From Octopus vulgaris (Eukaryota): a DNA stretch of 64,000 nucleotides. Shown here piece after piece: positions 1 through 14,384 of this stretch. The stretch lies in the NCBI GenBank assembly GCA_951406725.2, contig OX597822.1:73718001-73782000 (forward strand), given 5' to 3'. Made by a program: the position numbers and the translations under genes. The notes beneath the pieces were generated by a model. That model did no database searches, was not told the DNA's origin, and saw only the letters and a program-made list of their open reading frames with translations. Every line of letters begins with the position of its first letter. The first letter of the stretch is position 1.

Positions 1-84
1 AGAATAAGACAAGGGGTCAATTTCTTTGATGAAAAGGTGGTGCTCTAGCATGGCCATAGTCAAAATGACTGAAACAAGTAGAAG
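1..84 (+). mobile_element. SINE family A, 3' end fragment
   Basis: ggtggtgctctagcatggccatagtcaaaatgactgaaacaagta matches the 3' end of the full family A copies (e.g. 60350-60400). Confidence 0.7.
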
Positions 85-676
85 TGTAAGCCAGTAATTG
101 TATTAAAAAATTTTGTATATTGTAAACGTATAAGCTTTTTATTGCACAAATTTTAATAACAAAATTTTATAATGACATCCCCCACTCCCCAAAAGATCAT
201 GTGGACCGCGGTTGAGAATCTTTGCTTTAGACAGTTGCTCGACCAACGAGAAAGAACAGCCGAACCCATTTCATATCTCTACTAGAAAAGTCCACTTGTC
301 TATAGAAGTTAAAAAAAAAAAAAAAAGGCAGAAAGGTCACCGCTGGAATGCTTTTGATCATAAGGTTTCTAGATCAAAGATGGAGGATTTGGGGTTGAAA
401 AAAAAAAAAAAAAAACAACAGCAGCAGCAGTCAGGATATATCTTCGAAATATTAATCTACATATTTTGGTATGTGTACACAATACTGAAATTCTTTTTCG
501 TTTATACACCCATCCAACCATCCACAATCCTCTCACACGCGTGCGTGTATGTATGTATGTATGTATGTATGTATGTATGTATGTATGTATGTATGATGTA
601 TGTATGTATGTATGCATGTATGTATGTACGTACGTATGTACGTATGTACGTATGTATGTATGTATGTATGTATATG

Positions 677-729
<53 letters not shown>

Positions 730-1031
730 GTATATATATGCTTATATGTATGTATGCATGCGTGTGTATGACTGTGTGCGCATAAGTATGTTTAAATAAG
801 TATATTCACAATATCTATCTATCTATATCTATACCTATATCTATATCTATATATATACAGGCATATGTATAAAAAACGCACCAACACATATACACATATA
901 TATATACGCATACATACATAATACAAACACACGTACACACACACACACACATATATAATATGCAACATTGTATGTGTATATACATATATGTAACAGTGTC
1001 TATGTACATATATGTGTATATATATACCTAC

Positions 1032-1064
<33 letters not shown>

Positions 1065-1077
1065 CATCCATGTATTT

Positions 1078-1185
<108 letters not shown>

Positions 1186-1322
1186 ACATATATATATTGA
1201 TATATTGAATTGATAAAAGGTGTTTTTTTTTCTAATTTTATATATATATATATAGTGGTTGTATACTGTCAACTCAACGTGACAGTCCCGTATATTTCTA
1301 ATATATTTCTAATATATATATA

Positions 1323-1394
<72 letters not shown>

Positions 1395-1396
<2 letters not shown>

Positions 1397-1495
1397 TGAA
1401 GATTAGAGGCTTCGAGTGACCCGTCGGGTTTTGTGTCGTCTCCTTGTGTGTTTTTGCGTTCTTGTCCCACTTTGTAATTTATTTTTTATATTAAA
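1395..1495 (+). mobile_element. Penelope-like small element tail fragment (same family as 8345-8480 and 61851-61985)
   Basis: gaagattagaggcttcgagtgacccgtcgggttttgtgtcgtctcc...gttcttgtccc resembles the other two copies; all three sit in (TA)n tracts. Confidence 0.45.
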
Positions 1496-1954
1496 TTCTA
1501 TACATATATATATAAATTTATGTATGTATATATAATCATGTAATAGCGATACAAACATTTATCTCAAATATATTCCATCTACTTCAACTATTCTGTCGTA
1601 CGCATGCAAATACATCAAGGAAATAATATATATAAATGGGGCCAAGACTCGTTGCTGTAGATATGCAGTGACATTTTGCAATAAGGGGCCCGCTTTAATG
1701 AGCAGGGTGTGTATAGGAAGGAAAGTGAGACCTATCCCTTAACTGCTATCTGACGACCGGAAGTAAGGATCAATCATTAACTATTTGTCATGTTTCCTCT
1801 TTGAGATATTTGATATCTCATATTTCATACATTTTTTTTTCTCTTGAATCTATGGGACTACATCCATCCATTCGTCCATCCATCCATCCATCCATCCATC
1901 CATCCATTCGTCCATCCATCCATCCATCCATCCATTCGTCTATTTATTTGTGTA

Positions 1955-2177
1955 TTCTTTTATTCTCGTTTATTTGTTTCAGTCATTTGACTGCGGCCAT
2001 GCCGGAGCACCGCCTTTAGTCAACTAAAAACTAACTCCGGAACGTATTCTTTGCAAGCCTAGTACTTGTTCAATCGGTTTCTTTTTGCCGAACCGCTAAG
2101 TTACAAGGACGTAAACACACCGGCATCGGTTATCAGGCGATTTTGAGGGGAAAAACAGACACACAAACGGACGCGCG

Positions 2178-2216
<39 letters not shown>

Positions 2217-2217
2217 G

Positions 2218-2274
<57 letters not shown>

Positions 2275-2434
2275 GACAGGCTTCTTTCAGTTTCCGTCGG
2301 CCAAATCCATTCACAAGGTTTTGGTCGGCCAAAGGCTATAAGTAGAAAACACTTGTCCAAGGTGCCACGCAGTGGGTCTGAACCCGGAACCATGTGGTTG
2401 GTAAGCAAGCTACTTACCACGCAGCCACTCCTGC
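1955..2434 (-). mobile_element. SINE family A (tRNA-derived head, internal microsatellite), full length
   Basis: The reverse complement reads gcaggagtggctgcgtggtaagtagcttgc...ccgggttcagacccactgcgtggcaccttgg (A/B-box-like head), then a central (TA)n(TG)n tract, then the conserved 3' half ending gactgaaacaaataaa. Confidence 0.9.
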
Positions 2435-2796
2435 TTTTATCTCAAATTTTTTTCTCTTCCCCCACTCTCTCATTTTATCCATCTACGAGTCAGTCTGTTC
2501 ATTCAAACTCCTTGATCATCAAGCAGCTTACCTACTTATCAATATACCAACTCATACACCGACAAAATCAAACCTATTTATCTATCTACCCAACCATATC
2601 CACCTACCGCATCTACTCAGACCGCTCCTTTTCCTCCCGCCTTCCTGTTTGGCTATCAATCTATCTATCTGTCTGTCTGTCTGACTTTTTCTCACTCTCT
2701 CACACTCACTTCCTTTCTCTTCAAGTACGTAGAGTATATACGTGTGTATGTGTATGCGCCTGTGTGTGTATGTGTGAGAGAGTGCATGTTTGTGTA

Positions 2797-3026
2797 TACT
2801 CTTTTACTCGTTTCAAGTCAGGTGACTGTGGCCATGTGGGAGCACCGCCTTTAATCGTGCAAATCGACCCCAGAGCTTATTCTTAGTAAGCCTAGAACTT
2901 ATTTTATCGGTCACTTTTGCCGAACCGCTAAGTTACGGGGACGTAAACACACCAGCATCGGTTGTTAAGCGATGTTGAGGGGTCAAACACAGACACACAA
3001 ATACACACGCACGCACGCACACACAT

Positions 3027-3088
<62 letters not shown>

Positions 3089-3256
3089 CCATATATACGG
3101 CGGGCTTCATTCCGTTTCCGTCTACCAAATCCACTCACAAGGCTTTGGTCAGCCTGAGGCTGTATCAGAAGACACTTGCCCAAGGTGCCACGCAGTGGGA
3201 CTGAACCCGAAACTATGTGGTTCGTAAGCAAGCTACTTACCACACAGCCACTCCTA
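2797..3256 (-). mobile_element. SINE family A, full length
   Basis: Same head, central (TG)n tract and 3' half as the other family A copies. Confidence 0.9.
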
Positions 3257-3273
3257 CGGCTATGGGGAAACTC

Positions 3274-3306
3274 TGAGTTTGATGAGCAATGCGAAACCGG
3301 TCCTTA
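3274..3306 (+). ncRNA. minimal type I hammerhead-like motif (degenerate), Penelope-like remnant
   Basis: tgag-t-TTGATGA-gc-aat-gc-GAAA-ccgg-TC-ctta. Core near CUGAUGA, 2-bp stem II, palindromic stem III, GUC site, stem I tgag/ctta. Confidence 0.5.
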
Positions 3307-3424
3307 CTTCAATCATGTTGAAAGAACAAAACTTTTTTTTGTATAAAATTGTATATCTTTATTATTATGGCTCTAATATACTCTTAAATCCTGTATAACA
3401 AATCTTCTGTGGTTTTTCATCTCC

Positions 3425-3498
<74 letters not shown>

Positions 3499-3515
3499 CA
3501 TGTGTGTGTATAATG

Positions 3516-3931
3516 TTCCTTTCTACTATAACCAGAAGTCCTGAAAATTTGGGAGAGGGGAATAGTTGATTACATCGCCTCCAGTGCGTAACTGGTACTT
3601 AATTTATCGACCCCGAAAGGATGAAAGGCAAAGTCGACCTCGGCGGAATTTAAACTCACAACGTTAACGGCAGACGAAATACCTATTTCTATTTCTTTAT
3701 TACCCACAAGGGGCTAAACACAGAGGGAACAAACAAGGACAGACATAGGTATTAAGTCGATTACATCGACCCCAGTTCGTAACTGGTACTTAATTTATCG
3801 ACACCGAAAGGATGAAAGGCAAAGTCGACCACGGCGGAATTTGAACTCACAACGTAACGCAGACGAAATACCGCTAGCATTCGCTAAGCATTTCGCCCAG
3901 CGTGCTAACGTTTCTGCCAGCTCGCCGCCTT
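3516..3931 (-). mobile_element. SINE family B (Nin-domain-like), two-core form
   Basis: Minus-strand head aaggcggcgagctggcagaaacgttagcacg, two copies of ggtcgactttgcctttcatcctttcggggtcgataaattaagtaccag, and two different tails. Confidence 0.9.
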
Positions 3932-4280
3932 CTGTGCGCTCGTGTGTTTAATAATATCTCACATTTTGTGTCCCTCTACTCCTATCCGTATGTCTCGAAT
4001 TCAGTTAACTTTCGCCGATTGTCTCTGACTTCCTCCTCCTCCTCTCCCTTTCTCTTCCTCCATCCCGCCCCATCTATCTATCCATCTCTATTTTTCCATC
4101 TCTCTATCTCCCTATCTGTCTGTTTCTGTGTCTATTGGTCTGTCAATGTCTGTCATTAATTAACCTTTCGAGGTATTGAATGTTTGCTGATCTTAGTCGG
4201 TGATAAAAGTACAAAACTTTCCCCTTATTAGCATCTACTACTAGTACATCAACAACAACAACAACAACAAAATTCCACCG

Positions 4281-4323
<43 letters not shown>

Positions 4324-4384
4324 GACGACGACGACGACGACTACTACTACTACTACCTCTACTGCTGCTGCTGCAGCAACTACG

Positions 4385-4432
<48 letters not shown>

Positions 4433-4445
4433 ACTGCTGCTGCTG

Positions 4446-4486
<41 letters not shown>

Positions 4487-4810
4487 GTGTTTTCATCATA
4501 GAAAATGCTACATAAATCCAGGATATTATTTTATACCCACTCCCCTGGCTAGTAAAAACTACCCCCATTGTGACCAGAAACTTAAACTGAGTTATGTAGT
4601 GCAACAACAACAGCAGCAGCGGCAGAAACAACAACAACAACATCAACAACACCAACAACTAGTTTATTTACGTTAGTTTCATTATCAAGTATTACAGTGT
4701 ATATACAGCGGGGATATATATATGTATAAATATTATTGTGACTTAGAAATACTTCGTCGCCCACGTGATACACGTTCTGTATGCAGAGATCACGGATAAC
4801 AGACTGCATG

Positions 4811-4878
<68 letters not shown>

Positions 4879-4880
4879 TT

Positions 4881-4930
<50 letters not shown>

Positions 4931-5169
4931 AGACCCCATTCCTCCTTTCGAGGCTCTTTCCTTTTTTTATTTTATGCACTTTTCTTTACTGTGATGAAGC
5001 CCCATGTTGCAGATCGGATGTTCTATAGAATATGACGAATATTATTCTCAGAATGTTCATTGGCAGCACTGACAGACATTGGAAGCAGAAACGGCTGTTA
5101 GTTAGGATAAAATAATAATCGATGATAGTTAATTTGTTGTTGGTCAAGAATTTCTCCATTTTCTGCTTA

Positions 5170-5279
<110 letters not shown>

Positions 5280-5699
5280 TGTATGTATGTATACATACAA
5301 ATATGAAGATTGGTATAAATAGCTTGAGACCAGGACTAGTCTACTGGTCTTCGTCGCTAGAAGCCGGTGGGGGTGCGATCCCCTGCTCGTAAGTTATCGG
5401 ATGCAGCTCTGCATCGCCAACCAAGTAGAGATGTCCTCTTCGGATAAAAAAAATTGCTGTAGAGTTCGTTCGAACGGACAACCATGTTGAAGTGGCTACG
5501 AGTATTACTTGTCAGTGCAACTACTGCGTTGATCTCCGAGAGAGATTATAGAACTAGCATTTTAGCTTATATATATATATATAACTTACTTAGAAAAGGA
5601 TGTGTGGCGTTCGGTCATATTATAATATAAATAATATATAAATATATGCATATATACATATATGTACATACCTACATATATATGTATATATACATGCAT

Positions 5700-6110
5700 A
5701 TATGGGTACAGGACATCAAAAAACCGTTGAACACAATGAGAAACGAAAACAGAAAAGCAAAAACATAGAAAACGCACTCTTTTCGAACAACGAAAAAAAC
5801 AAACAGAGAAACGAGACATACAACATAAAGAATATTTCCTTTCTTCAGTTGTCTCTGTTTCATCTACTTCGCGTTCCTAAGGCAAGGACAATATGCGACT
5901 TCGTTGAAACAGTCCTTCCCGCAAAGCAAATTAAATAAAATTTTGGAATTTTTGCGGAGGGTGAAAGTGGTAACAAGAACAGGACAGTGAGAACAAGACA
6001 GTAAAAACAAACGGTGAGGGTTGTTAAGCCAAGACGATAGAAACATTATTATGAACGCTAGGAGGACGAGCTTATGAGAGGAGACAGGTATAAGCACGTG
6101 TTGTCTTTAG
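5700..6110 (-). mobile_element. probable Penelope-like non-autonomous element fragment
   Basis: Pyrimidine-rich tail on the minus strand ending at (TA)n, with a ctgaagaa motif. The architecture resembles the other HHR-bearing remnants. Family assignment is inference. Confidence 0.35.
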
Positions 6111-6360
6111 GAAGGAAATGAGCTTATGAGCTTATAAGCATTCACTGTGTATTGGCTAAAGAGAATAGTTTAAAATTGGGGTATATAAGCCCTCGATGGA
6201 GGAAAGTAGGGTTCTCGAACGCGTACAAAGAGCTGTGGGTTCGAGTCCCATGCGTAATGCAAACCCTACATTTTTTCTGTCGAAGTCTTACATGCCCCAA
6301 TATTAGATTATTTTCTTTAGTCATTGCAAGGTGATCTCTTATAAGCTTTAAGCTTATGAA

Positions 6361-6394
<34 letters not shown>

Positions 6395-6507
6395 TATAAA
6401 AATAAATGTTTCATTGCACCAGCGAGCGGAAAACCTAATGAATCGTGTAGTTCTTCTTTAATACATAGTAGTGAAAGCTCAACAACACTCTCCTTATTTT
6501 CTCCACC

Positions 6508-6535
6508 CTGACGAAGAGCTAGAACTCGAAACCTT
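6508..6535 (+). ncRNA. partial hammerhead core
   Basis: CTGACGA-a-gag-ctagaa-ctc-GAAA-c: intact core and stem II, but no clear stem I partner downstream. Confidence 0.35.
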
Positions 6536-7259
6536 AAACAGCTCACGCTACACTGCAATTGAACCTACCGAAGTCCTCTGAGCTCTAATTTCGGTTGGTA
6601 ATTCGGCATTTTCAACTCAGTCAATTGCACTCAAGTCTATATAGGTATATTTATTTCTTTATTACCAGTCCATATTGCACGATACGTCGGTTTGTCTTTG
6701 GGCATTTCTAGTAGGATAATAACTTTTTTGTATAAGTAGTCGTTCATTTCAGAGGAATAGAAACCATAGGTGGTCAACCACGACAGTCTGCTTACTTCCG
6801 AAAGAGTGAGAAACAGAGAGACAGACAGACAGATCTGGTTCTAGTATTTCACTAGTATTGTATGGATGCCGTAAAACCGAGAGGTGAAGATGACCTCAGA
6901 GTGCAGAATACCGGAACAAATACCGCAAGTCATTCACTCCATCTGAAGCTCAAACGAATCTGCCAACTCGCTGTCATATATATATATATATATTCGTACA
7001 AACATACACATGAACGCCTAGAAGATTATGCTCTCTCTCTCTCTCTCTCTCTCTCTCTTAGACACACACACACTCACGCATATGTGAATATACTCAAGTA
7101 CATCATGTATGTAACACTATTCTTCCTTTCTTTTCTCTTAAATGTCTATGTAGTTAATACAGATATTTACTCACACTTGTTCGCATTCTACGAGAGAAAC
7201 AGGCATACAATGTAATTAGTCCTTATGTACACATACGCATATATACGTACAATAATGTG

Positions 7260-7291
<32 letters not shown>

Positions 7292-7375
7292 TACAAACAT
7301 ACATAAAACATACATACACTATACATATATACACATGCACATGTACACATACATAAAACACACACACACACACTT

Positions 7376-7407
<32 letters not shown>

Positions 7408-7475
7408 TATATATATATATAAGTACATATATACACACACACATATATATATATACATATATGTACATATACATA

Positions 7476-7529
<54 letters not shown>

Positions 7530-7546
7530 CATACGTACAAACATAC

Positions 7547-7592
<46 letters not shown>

Positions 7593-8222
7593 TCCACACA
7601 GACACTGACACGCGCGCGCGCGCACACACATATGCAACGCATTTTTCTGTTTGCTTTGCAAGATTCTTCATGTGAAATCATCTGTTGAAACACATGTTAT
7701 TGTACATTGGGAGACTGATTTTTGCCAATGAAAACAAGAAACGGACTAGTTATATTTAGTTAGTTAAGTAATTAACGCAATTATCACATTAACTAATCGA
7801 CTGATTCAACAATTCGTCAATCACTCAATCAGCTGATCTGCGATTGTTTCTTTTTTGTTTTTTTTTTACTTTGAAATGTTTGATGTCATCAATGACGTGT
7901 TCTTGTATGTCCCTGTACCAAACGGAACAATCAATTTGTTAGTGGGTTAATTAGCCAACTAGTTGACTAATGATGGTAAGATGTTAAATATAACCCATGC
8001 GTGTGTTTTCATTGGCGAAACGAACTTCCAAACGAACAAAATACTCACACACACTCACACACACACACACACATACACACACATACACACACATACACAC
8101 ATATCTATAAACAAATATATCCATATTGTCTGTCTAACTTTCTCCCTCTCACCCTCTCCCTCTTTCTCCTTCTTTCTCTCTCTCACTCTCTTTACCTCTC
8201 CGTCTGTCTATAAATATATGTA

Positions 8223-8258
<36 letters not shown>

Positions 8259-8315
8259 ATATATATGTATATGTATTTCTCTAAAAGCATATACATATCC
8301 TTCATTATCTATATC

Positions 8316-8344
<29 letters not shown>

Positions 8345-8353
<9 letters not shown>

Positions 8354-8480
8354 GTAAAAATAATTACAGACATGGACAAGAACATGAAACACCACAGAGA
8401 CGACACAAGAACCACAGGACCTCAGTCATCAGTCAAGAACCAGATCATCTTAGCAATTTCGGCTGATTAATCTTGAGATT
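8345..8480 (-). mobile_element. Penelope-like small element fragment with hammerhead core remnant
   Basis: The minus strand reads cagccgaaattgctaagatgatctggttcttgaCTGATGActgagg and closely resembles 61851-61985. Flanked by (TA)n. Confidence 0.55.
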
Positions 8481-8584
8481 AATATATATATATATATGCA
8501 TATATATATCTTTTATATCTATATATGTATGTATGCATACAGTCACCCACACATCCACACGCACACGCATACATATATATTTAT

Positions 8585-8717
<133 letters not shown>

Positions 8718-8831
8718 CACGAACACACAATTGTATACGAATGCTTGTGTGCACGCGCGCTCGTTTGGATGTGGGTGTGTCTATACATACATACATACAT
8801 ACATACATACATACAGACATACATACATACA

Positions 8832-8865
<34 letters not shown>

Positions 8866-9931
8866 CATACATGCTTGTTTGCCGTCCATGAAATAGCAGG
8901 AGTCCCCCTTGCTATGTCAAGTACATTGCTGCTGAGAGTTTGTAGAAATTCTTGCCGAAGTGCCAACCGTAAAATGCCACGGCTGTCTGCTCGAGCTATG
9001 GTCGGGGCATGCTGGAAACGGAATTAACTCGACAATTCTTTTTTTTCCTTTCCTTTATTTCTGTTTTTATTTTTTGTTTTTTTTTAACTTCGTTTTTTTT
9101 TTGTTGTTACATTTCACGGCAAAAAGGATTCATCCAAATATTTTGATCCTAACAGAAAAGATGATGATGACAGTATAGGTGATGGTGAATGGTAATGATG
9201 TGTGTGTGTGTGTGGGGGGGGTAATGATGATGATGATGGAACTGTTGATGATGATGATGATGATGATGATGACGATGACGACGACGACGATGATGATGAT
9301 GATGATGATGATAATCATGAAGATGATGACGGTGGTGCTGATGATGATTATGATTACGATGGTGCTTTAGTTTAATATGTGGTTTGTAACCTGATCCATT
9401 AAAGGATCTCTGTTTGAGAGTTCACCGGATTAGCTAAATCTATGCATAGTGCATTAAATTTATGTTCACACACACACACACACATATGAATAATATAGGT
9501 GTACATGTATATATGTACATGCATGTATGTATGTATGCATGTTGGTAATTAGATACGTATGTAATTAGATATGGTTGCATGCATTCATATGCATGAGTGA
9601 AGACCCAGTATATCGATGAAGAGTATAAAAATATTTGAGAAAACCTATTAAGGTTCCTTGAGGTACCTATTAAGGTATTGTTCTGCATCGATCTGTAGAC
9701 ACTCCCTTCTCACTCTTGCCGTCAAAAATGCAGCGGAATAAAGGTCTAGCTATTGGAAATCTGTGAGCAACCATGCTGTGGGTCATCAATTTCAATGTTT
9801 TTTTGTGAAGAATTAATAAAGTCCGAAACGTCAAATCATCTCGTTTTCATTTTTGAAAGTGTTAAACCAATACCGTATTCGTCGAAAAGTGTTCTATCTA
9901 TGTGTATGTTTGTGTGTCTGTGTGTATGTGA

Positions 9932-10033
<102 letters not shown>

Positions 10034-10336
10034 CATGCATATATATGCATACACTCACAGAGACACACACATATATATATATACATATAAATATATATAC
10101 ACGTACCATCTAGAAGTATACCTAACTAAACCATTCTTTACTTCTCTACAGATAAGCTACGTCTGATATTCTATCAAAATGTTCCATCCGTCATCAGAGA
10201 GATAAACCAGTGCCAACTAATAGCACACAGCGCATGGATAACCACGGAGTATGCGTATATGTGTCTATGGAGCCTCTAACAAAAAGGGTGTCAGCCTTGC
10301 TATTTACCAGAATGCCCGTTCCTATTTTCAATATCT

Positions 10337-10387
<51 letters not shown>

Positions 10388-10617
10388 AGATTACTGAAAA
10401 TCTGTTCATATCAATGAAAACAGTCTTCCTCATTCAGTATTTTTATGATGTTTCATGATACGGTAATATTTTATGTATATTGTTACACGTCAGTCTTCGG
10501 TGCCTATGTCACTCTGTAGGTGTGTGTATTGTGTGTATGTATACTGGTGGCTTTGAAGATACATGCGCTTGTGCGTTTGAGCATGCGTGAATCTGTATAG
10601 AAATACACGGATTAATA

Positions 10618-10930
10618 CCGTGGCTTAGTGGTTAGGGGCATTCGGTTCATGATCGTAAGGTGGTGAGTTCAATTCCCGGCGGCGCGATGTGTCCTTGAGC
10701 AAAACACTTTATTTCACGTTGCTCCAGTCCATTCAGCTGGCAAAAAATGAGTAGTACCTGTATTTCAAAGGGTCAGCCTTGTCACACACTGTGTCACGCT
10801 GAATCTCCCCGAGAACTAGGTTAAGGGTACACGTGTTTGTGGAGTGCTCAGCCACTTGCACGTTAATTTCACGAGCAAGCTGTTCCGTTGATCGTATCAG
10901 CTGGGACCCTCGTCGTCGCAACTGACGGAT
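10618..10930 (+). mobile_element. SINE family C (tRNA head, gtgtccttgagcaa box)
   Basis: A box tggcttagtggtt, B box gagttcaattccc. The body is shared with 25613-25912, 46558-46864 and 52122-52435. Confidence 0.9.
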
Positions 10931-11138
10931 ACCTACCTACCTGCCTACCTACCTACCTACCTACCTACATACATACATACATACATACATACATACATAC
11001 ATACATACATACATACAAACGTACATACATACAAACGTACATACCTACATGCATACATACATATGTACATATATACACACATGCATACATTCATACATAT
11101 ATACATGTGTGTGTATGTTTGTTTGTGTGTGTGTGTGT

Positions 11139-11189
<51 letters not shown>

Positions 11190-11341
11190 CGTGTGTGTGT
11201 GTGTGTGTATTCTTTTGTTCTTTTACTTGTTTCAGTCATTGGACTTCGGCTATTCTGGAACACCATATTAATATATCAATACTTTATTGGACTGCGGCTA
11301 TGCTGGAGCACCATATTAATATATTAATATAATGTTGCTTT

Positions 11342-11557
11342 AAGGCGGGAGCTGGCAGAAAAGTTAGCACGCCGGGCGAAATGCTTAGCGGTATTTCGTC
11401 TGCCGCTACGTTCTGTGTTCAAATTCCGCCGAGGCCGACTTTGCCTTTCATCCCTTGGGTTCGATAAATTAAGTACCAGTCGCGTACTGGAGTCGATCTA
11501 ATCAACTAGCCCCCCCCCCCAAAAAAAATTGGGCCTTGTGCCTAGAGTAAAAGAGAA
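11342..11557 (+). mobile_element. SINE family B, single-core form
   Basis: Head ggcgggagctggcagaaaagttagcacgccgggcgaaatgc, one core, tail ccttgtgcctagagtaaaagagaat. Confidence 0.85.
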
Positions 11558-11796
11558 TATATTGTTGCTTTGGTAGACCTCAATACACGCACACTTCAAA
11601 TTGGCGAGCTGGCAGGGTCGTTAGCAAGCTGAACAAAATGCTTAGTGACATTTTAACCGTTTATACTTTCTGAGTTCAAGTTCGACAGGGGTCGACTTCG
11701 ACTATCATCCTTTCGGTGTCGATAAAATAACAGTTGAGCACTTAGGTTGATTTACTGGCTTTGTGACAAAATCTGTAACCAATATTATATATACTG

Positions 11797-11941
11797 GGCG
11801 CAGGAGTGGCTGTGTGGTAAGTAGCTTGTTTACCAACCACATGGTTCCCTGGGCAAGTATTTTTTACTTTCTACTATAGTCTCGGACCGACTAAAGCCTT
11901 GTGAGTGGATTTAGTAGACGGAAACTGAAAGAAGCCTGTCG

Positions 11942-11972
<31 letters not shown>

Positions 11973-12158
11973 GTATGTATACGTTCGTGTGTCTGTGTTT
12001 GTTCCCCACCGTCCCCATAACATAGCGGTTCGGCAAAAGAGAGCGATAGAATAAGTACTAGACTTGCAAAGAATAAGTCCTGGGGTCGATTAGTTCGACT
12101 GAAGGCGCTGCTCCAGTAAGGCCCCAGTCAAGTGACTGAAACATGTAAAAGAACAAAA

Positions 12159-12160
<2 letters not shown>
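11797..12160 (+). mobile_element. SINE family A with small internal deletions
   Basis: Head ggcgcaggagtggctgtgtggtaagtagc, central TA/TG tract, 3' end gactgaaacatgtaaaagaac. Confidence 0.85.
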
Positions 12161-12215
<55 letters not shown>

Positions 12216-12301
12216 AATTCAATTACCTAGGGGTAGCTTATCTTGTTCAGGCCATATTATGAGCATTATCCTGCGTTTGAGAATTTAAAATCACTTCTTT
12301 A

Positions 12302-12332
<31 letters not shown>

Positions 12333-12350
12333 TATATATATATGTGTGTG

Positions 12351-12408
<58 letters not shown>

Positions 12409-12429
12409 GTATATATATGTATATATGTA

Positions 12430-12655
12430 TATAGTTAATCCAAACAAGAAAACACAAAAAAAAAAAAAAGAAACACAACAACGCGAGGACGTGGAACAAA
12501 TATAGTATTATTGGACGCTCAGGAAAGAAGGAGAGAAGGAGGGTTTAACGTTTGGAGCGGAGCTCTTCGTCGGAAACATAGGAGAAGGAAAGATCCCGAG
12601 AAGGGAAGACAGAGGAAAAAAGTCGCCAACGGTACTCACAAGGTCACATTTTGAA
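12430..12655 (-). mobile_element. Penelope-like small element with variant minimal hammerhead (12543-12577)
   Basis: Minus strand gttt-CCGACGA-a-gagc-tcc-gctc-CAAA-cgtt-aaac (stems I and II intact, GAAA mutated), then a pyrimidine-rich tail. (TA)n on both sides. Confidence 0.6.
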
Positions 12656-12681
12656 ATATATATATAATATATATGTATGTA

Positions 12682-12728
<47 letters not shown>

Positions 12729-12787
12729 ATATATATGTATATATGTACATATGTACATATATATATATATATGTATATATATATGTA

Positions 12788-12917
<130 letters not shown>

Positions 12918-13110
12918 AAGAGATCGTGAGAGAAAGAGAGAGAATGTAGACAGCTTATTCTGGGTCAGGATGAGTATTAGAGAGGAGAGAGCTTGCTAGG
13001 AGTGAAGGGATTTGAGGAAGTCGTCTGTATGTCACAATTGTATAAAGCTGAACGATGCGACCCCAGGTTCCTTAGGGGAATTGACTATTACTGCTAAGAA
13101 GTGTATCGAT

Positions 13111-13151
<41 letters not shown>

Positions 13152-13516
13152 CCACACACACAAACACACTAACTCACACACGCATACACACACTCATAAA
13201 TTACTACGCATACTATATTCGTGCGAAACACTCGCACAAATGTAAGAACAAACAGACGTGTGACGAGAAGACTTCCTCTGCTTTTGATCATTGTAGTAAA
13301 AATATAGCAAATCATTAGAGATTTATCTAAGTGTTTACATAGCAAAGGAAATCACCGAACCCTAGCTACTTCCTACTGACGAGACAACAACCCAACCCTT
13401 TGCTTAGCCCGTGAAAATCTTTGTCAGTTGAAAACAAATCCACTATACCTGACCCTTTTTGTCCCTAGATGCCAGAAAACGCTTCAAAACAGATCCATTT
13501 CCATTCTCTCATTCTG

Positions 13517-13574
<58 letters not shown>

Positions 13575-13703
13575 ACACACAAATACACAGATACCGTTAC
13601 CACTTTTCTAAGAGATTTATCTCGGATGAAAACCGCAGCAGCTTGTCTGTCAGTGGTGTATATACGTTGAGTATGATATTGACATAGCTACTCTAATCTA
13701 ATC

Positions 13704-13737
<34 letters not shown>

Positions 13738-13770
13738 ATATGCGTGTATGTATGTATATATATATATATA

Positions 13771-13950
13771 TACTCTTACTCTTTTTACTCTTTTACTTGT
13801 TTCAGCACCACCTTCAGTCAAGCAAATCGATCCCAGAGCTTATTCTTTGTAAGCCTAGTACTTATTTTATCGGTCTCTTTTGCCGAACCGCTAAGTTACG
13901 GGGACGTAAACAAACAGCACCGGTTGTCAAGCGATTTTGGGGGGACAAAC
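13771..13950 (-). mobile_element. SINE family A, 3' half only
   Basis: gccgaaccgctaagttacggggacgtaaac...gacaaac. It ends at the internal (TA)n and the 5' half is absent. Confidence 0.8.
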
Positions 13951-13992
13951 ATATATATATATATATATATATGACCGAAGGGTGTCTCCTCA

Positions 13993-14042
<50 letters not shown>

Positions 14043-14384
14043 TGAGGAGACACCCTTCGGTCATGAATAACCATCGGATTGCACCTAGAAAGTTACCCTT
14101 CGAGGCACAAGTCCGGGCAAGGTTGTTTATAGAAGGCCAGCAGTCGCCCATGCATACCGGCCTCCCCTCCCCACGCCACTGATGTTCTCCAAGGGAAAGG
14201 CAAAGGGGCCGATACAGCTTGACACCAGTGATCTCGAAACTCATTTCTACAGCTGAGTGAACTGGAACAACATGAAATAAAGTGTCTTGCTCAAGAGCAC
14301 AACACGCAGCCCGGCCCGGGAATCGAAATCACAACCTCATGATCGTAAGCTCGACGCTCAAACCACTGAGCCATGCGCCTTCAC
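14043..14384 (-). mobile_element. SINE family E (head like family C, different 3' body)
   Basis: Minus strand gtgaaggcgcatggctcagtggtttgagcgtcg...ttcgattcccgg...cttgagcaagacactttatttc. The 3' body is shared with 35710-35977. Confidence 0.85.
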
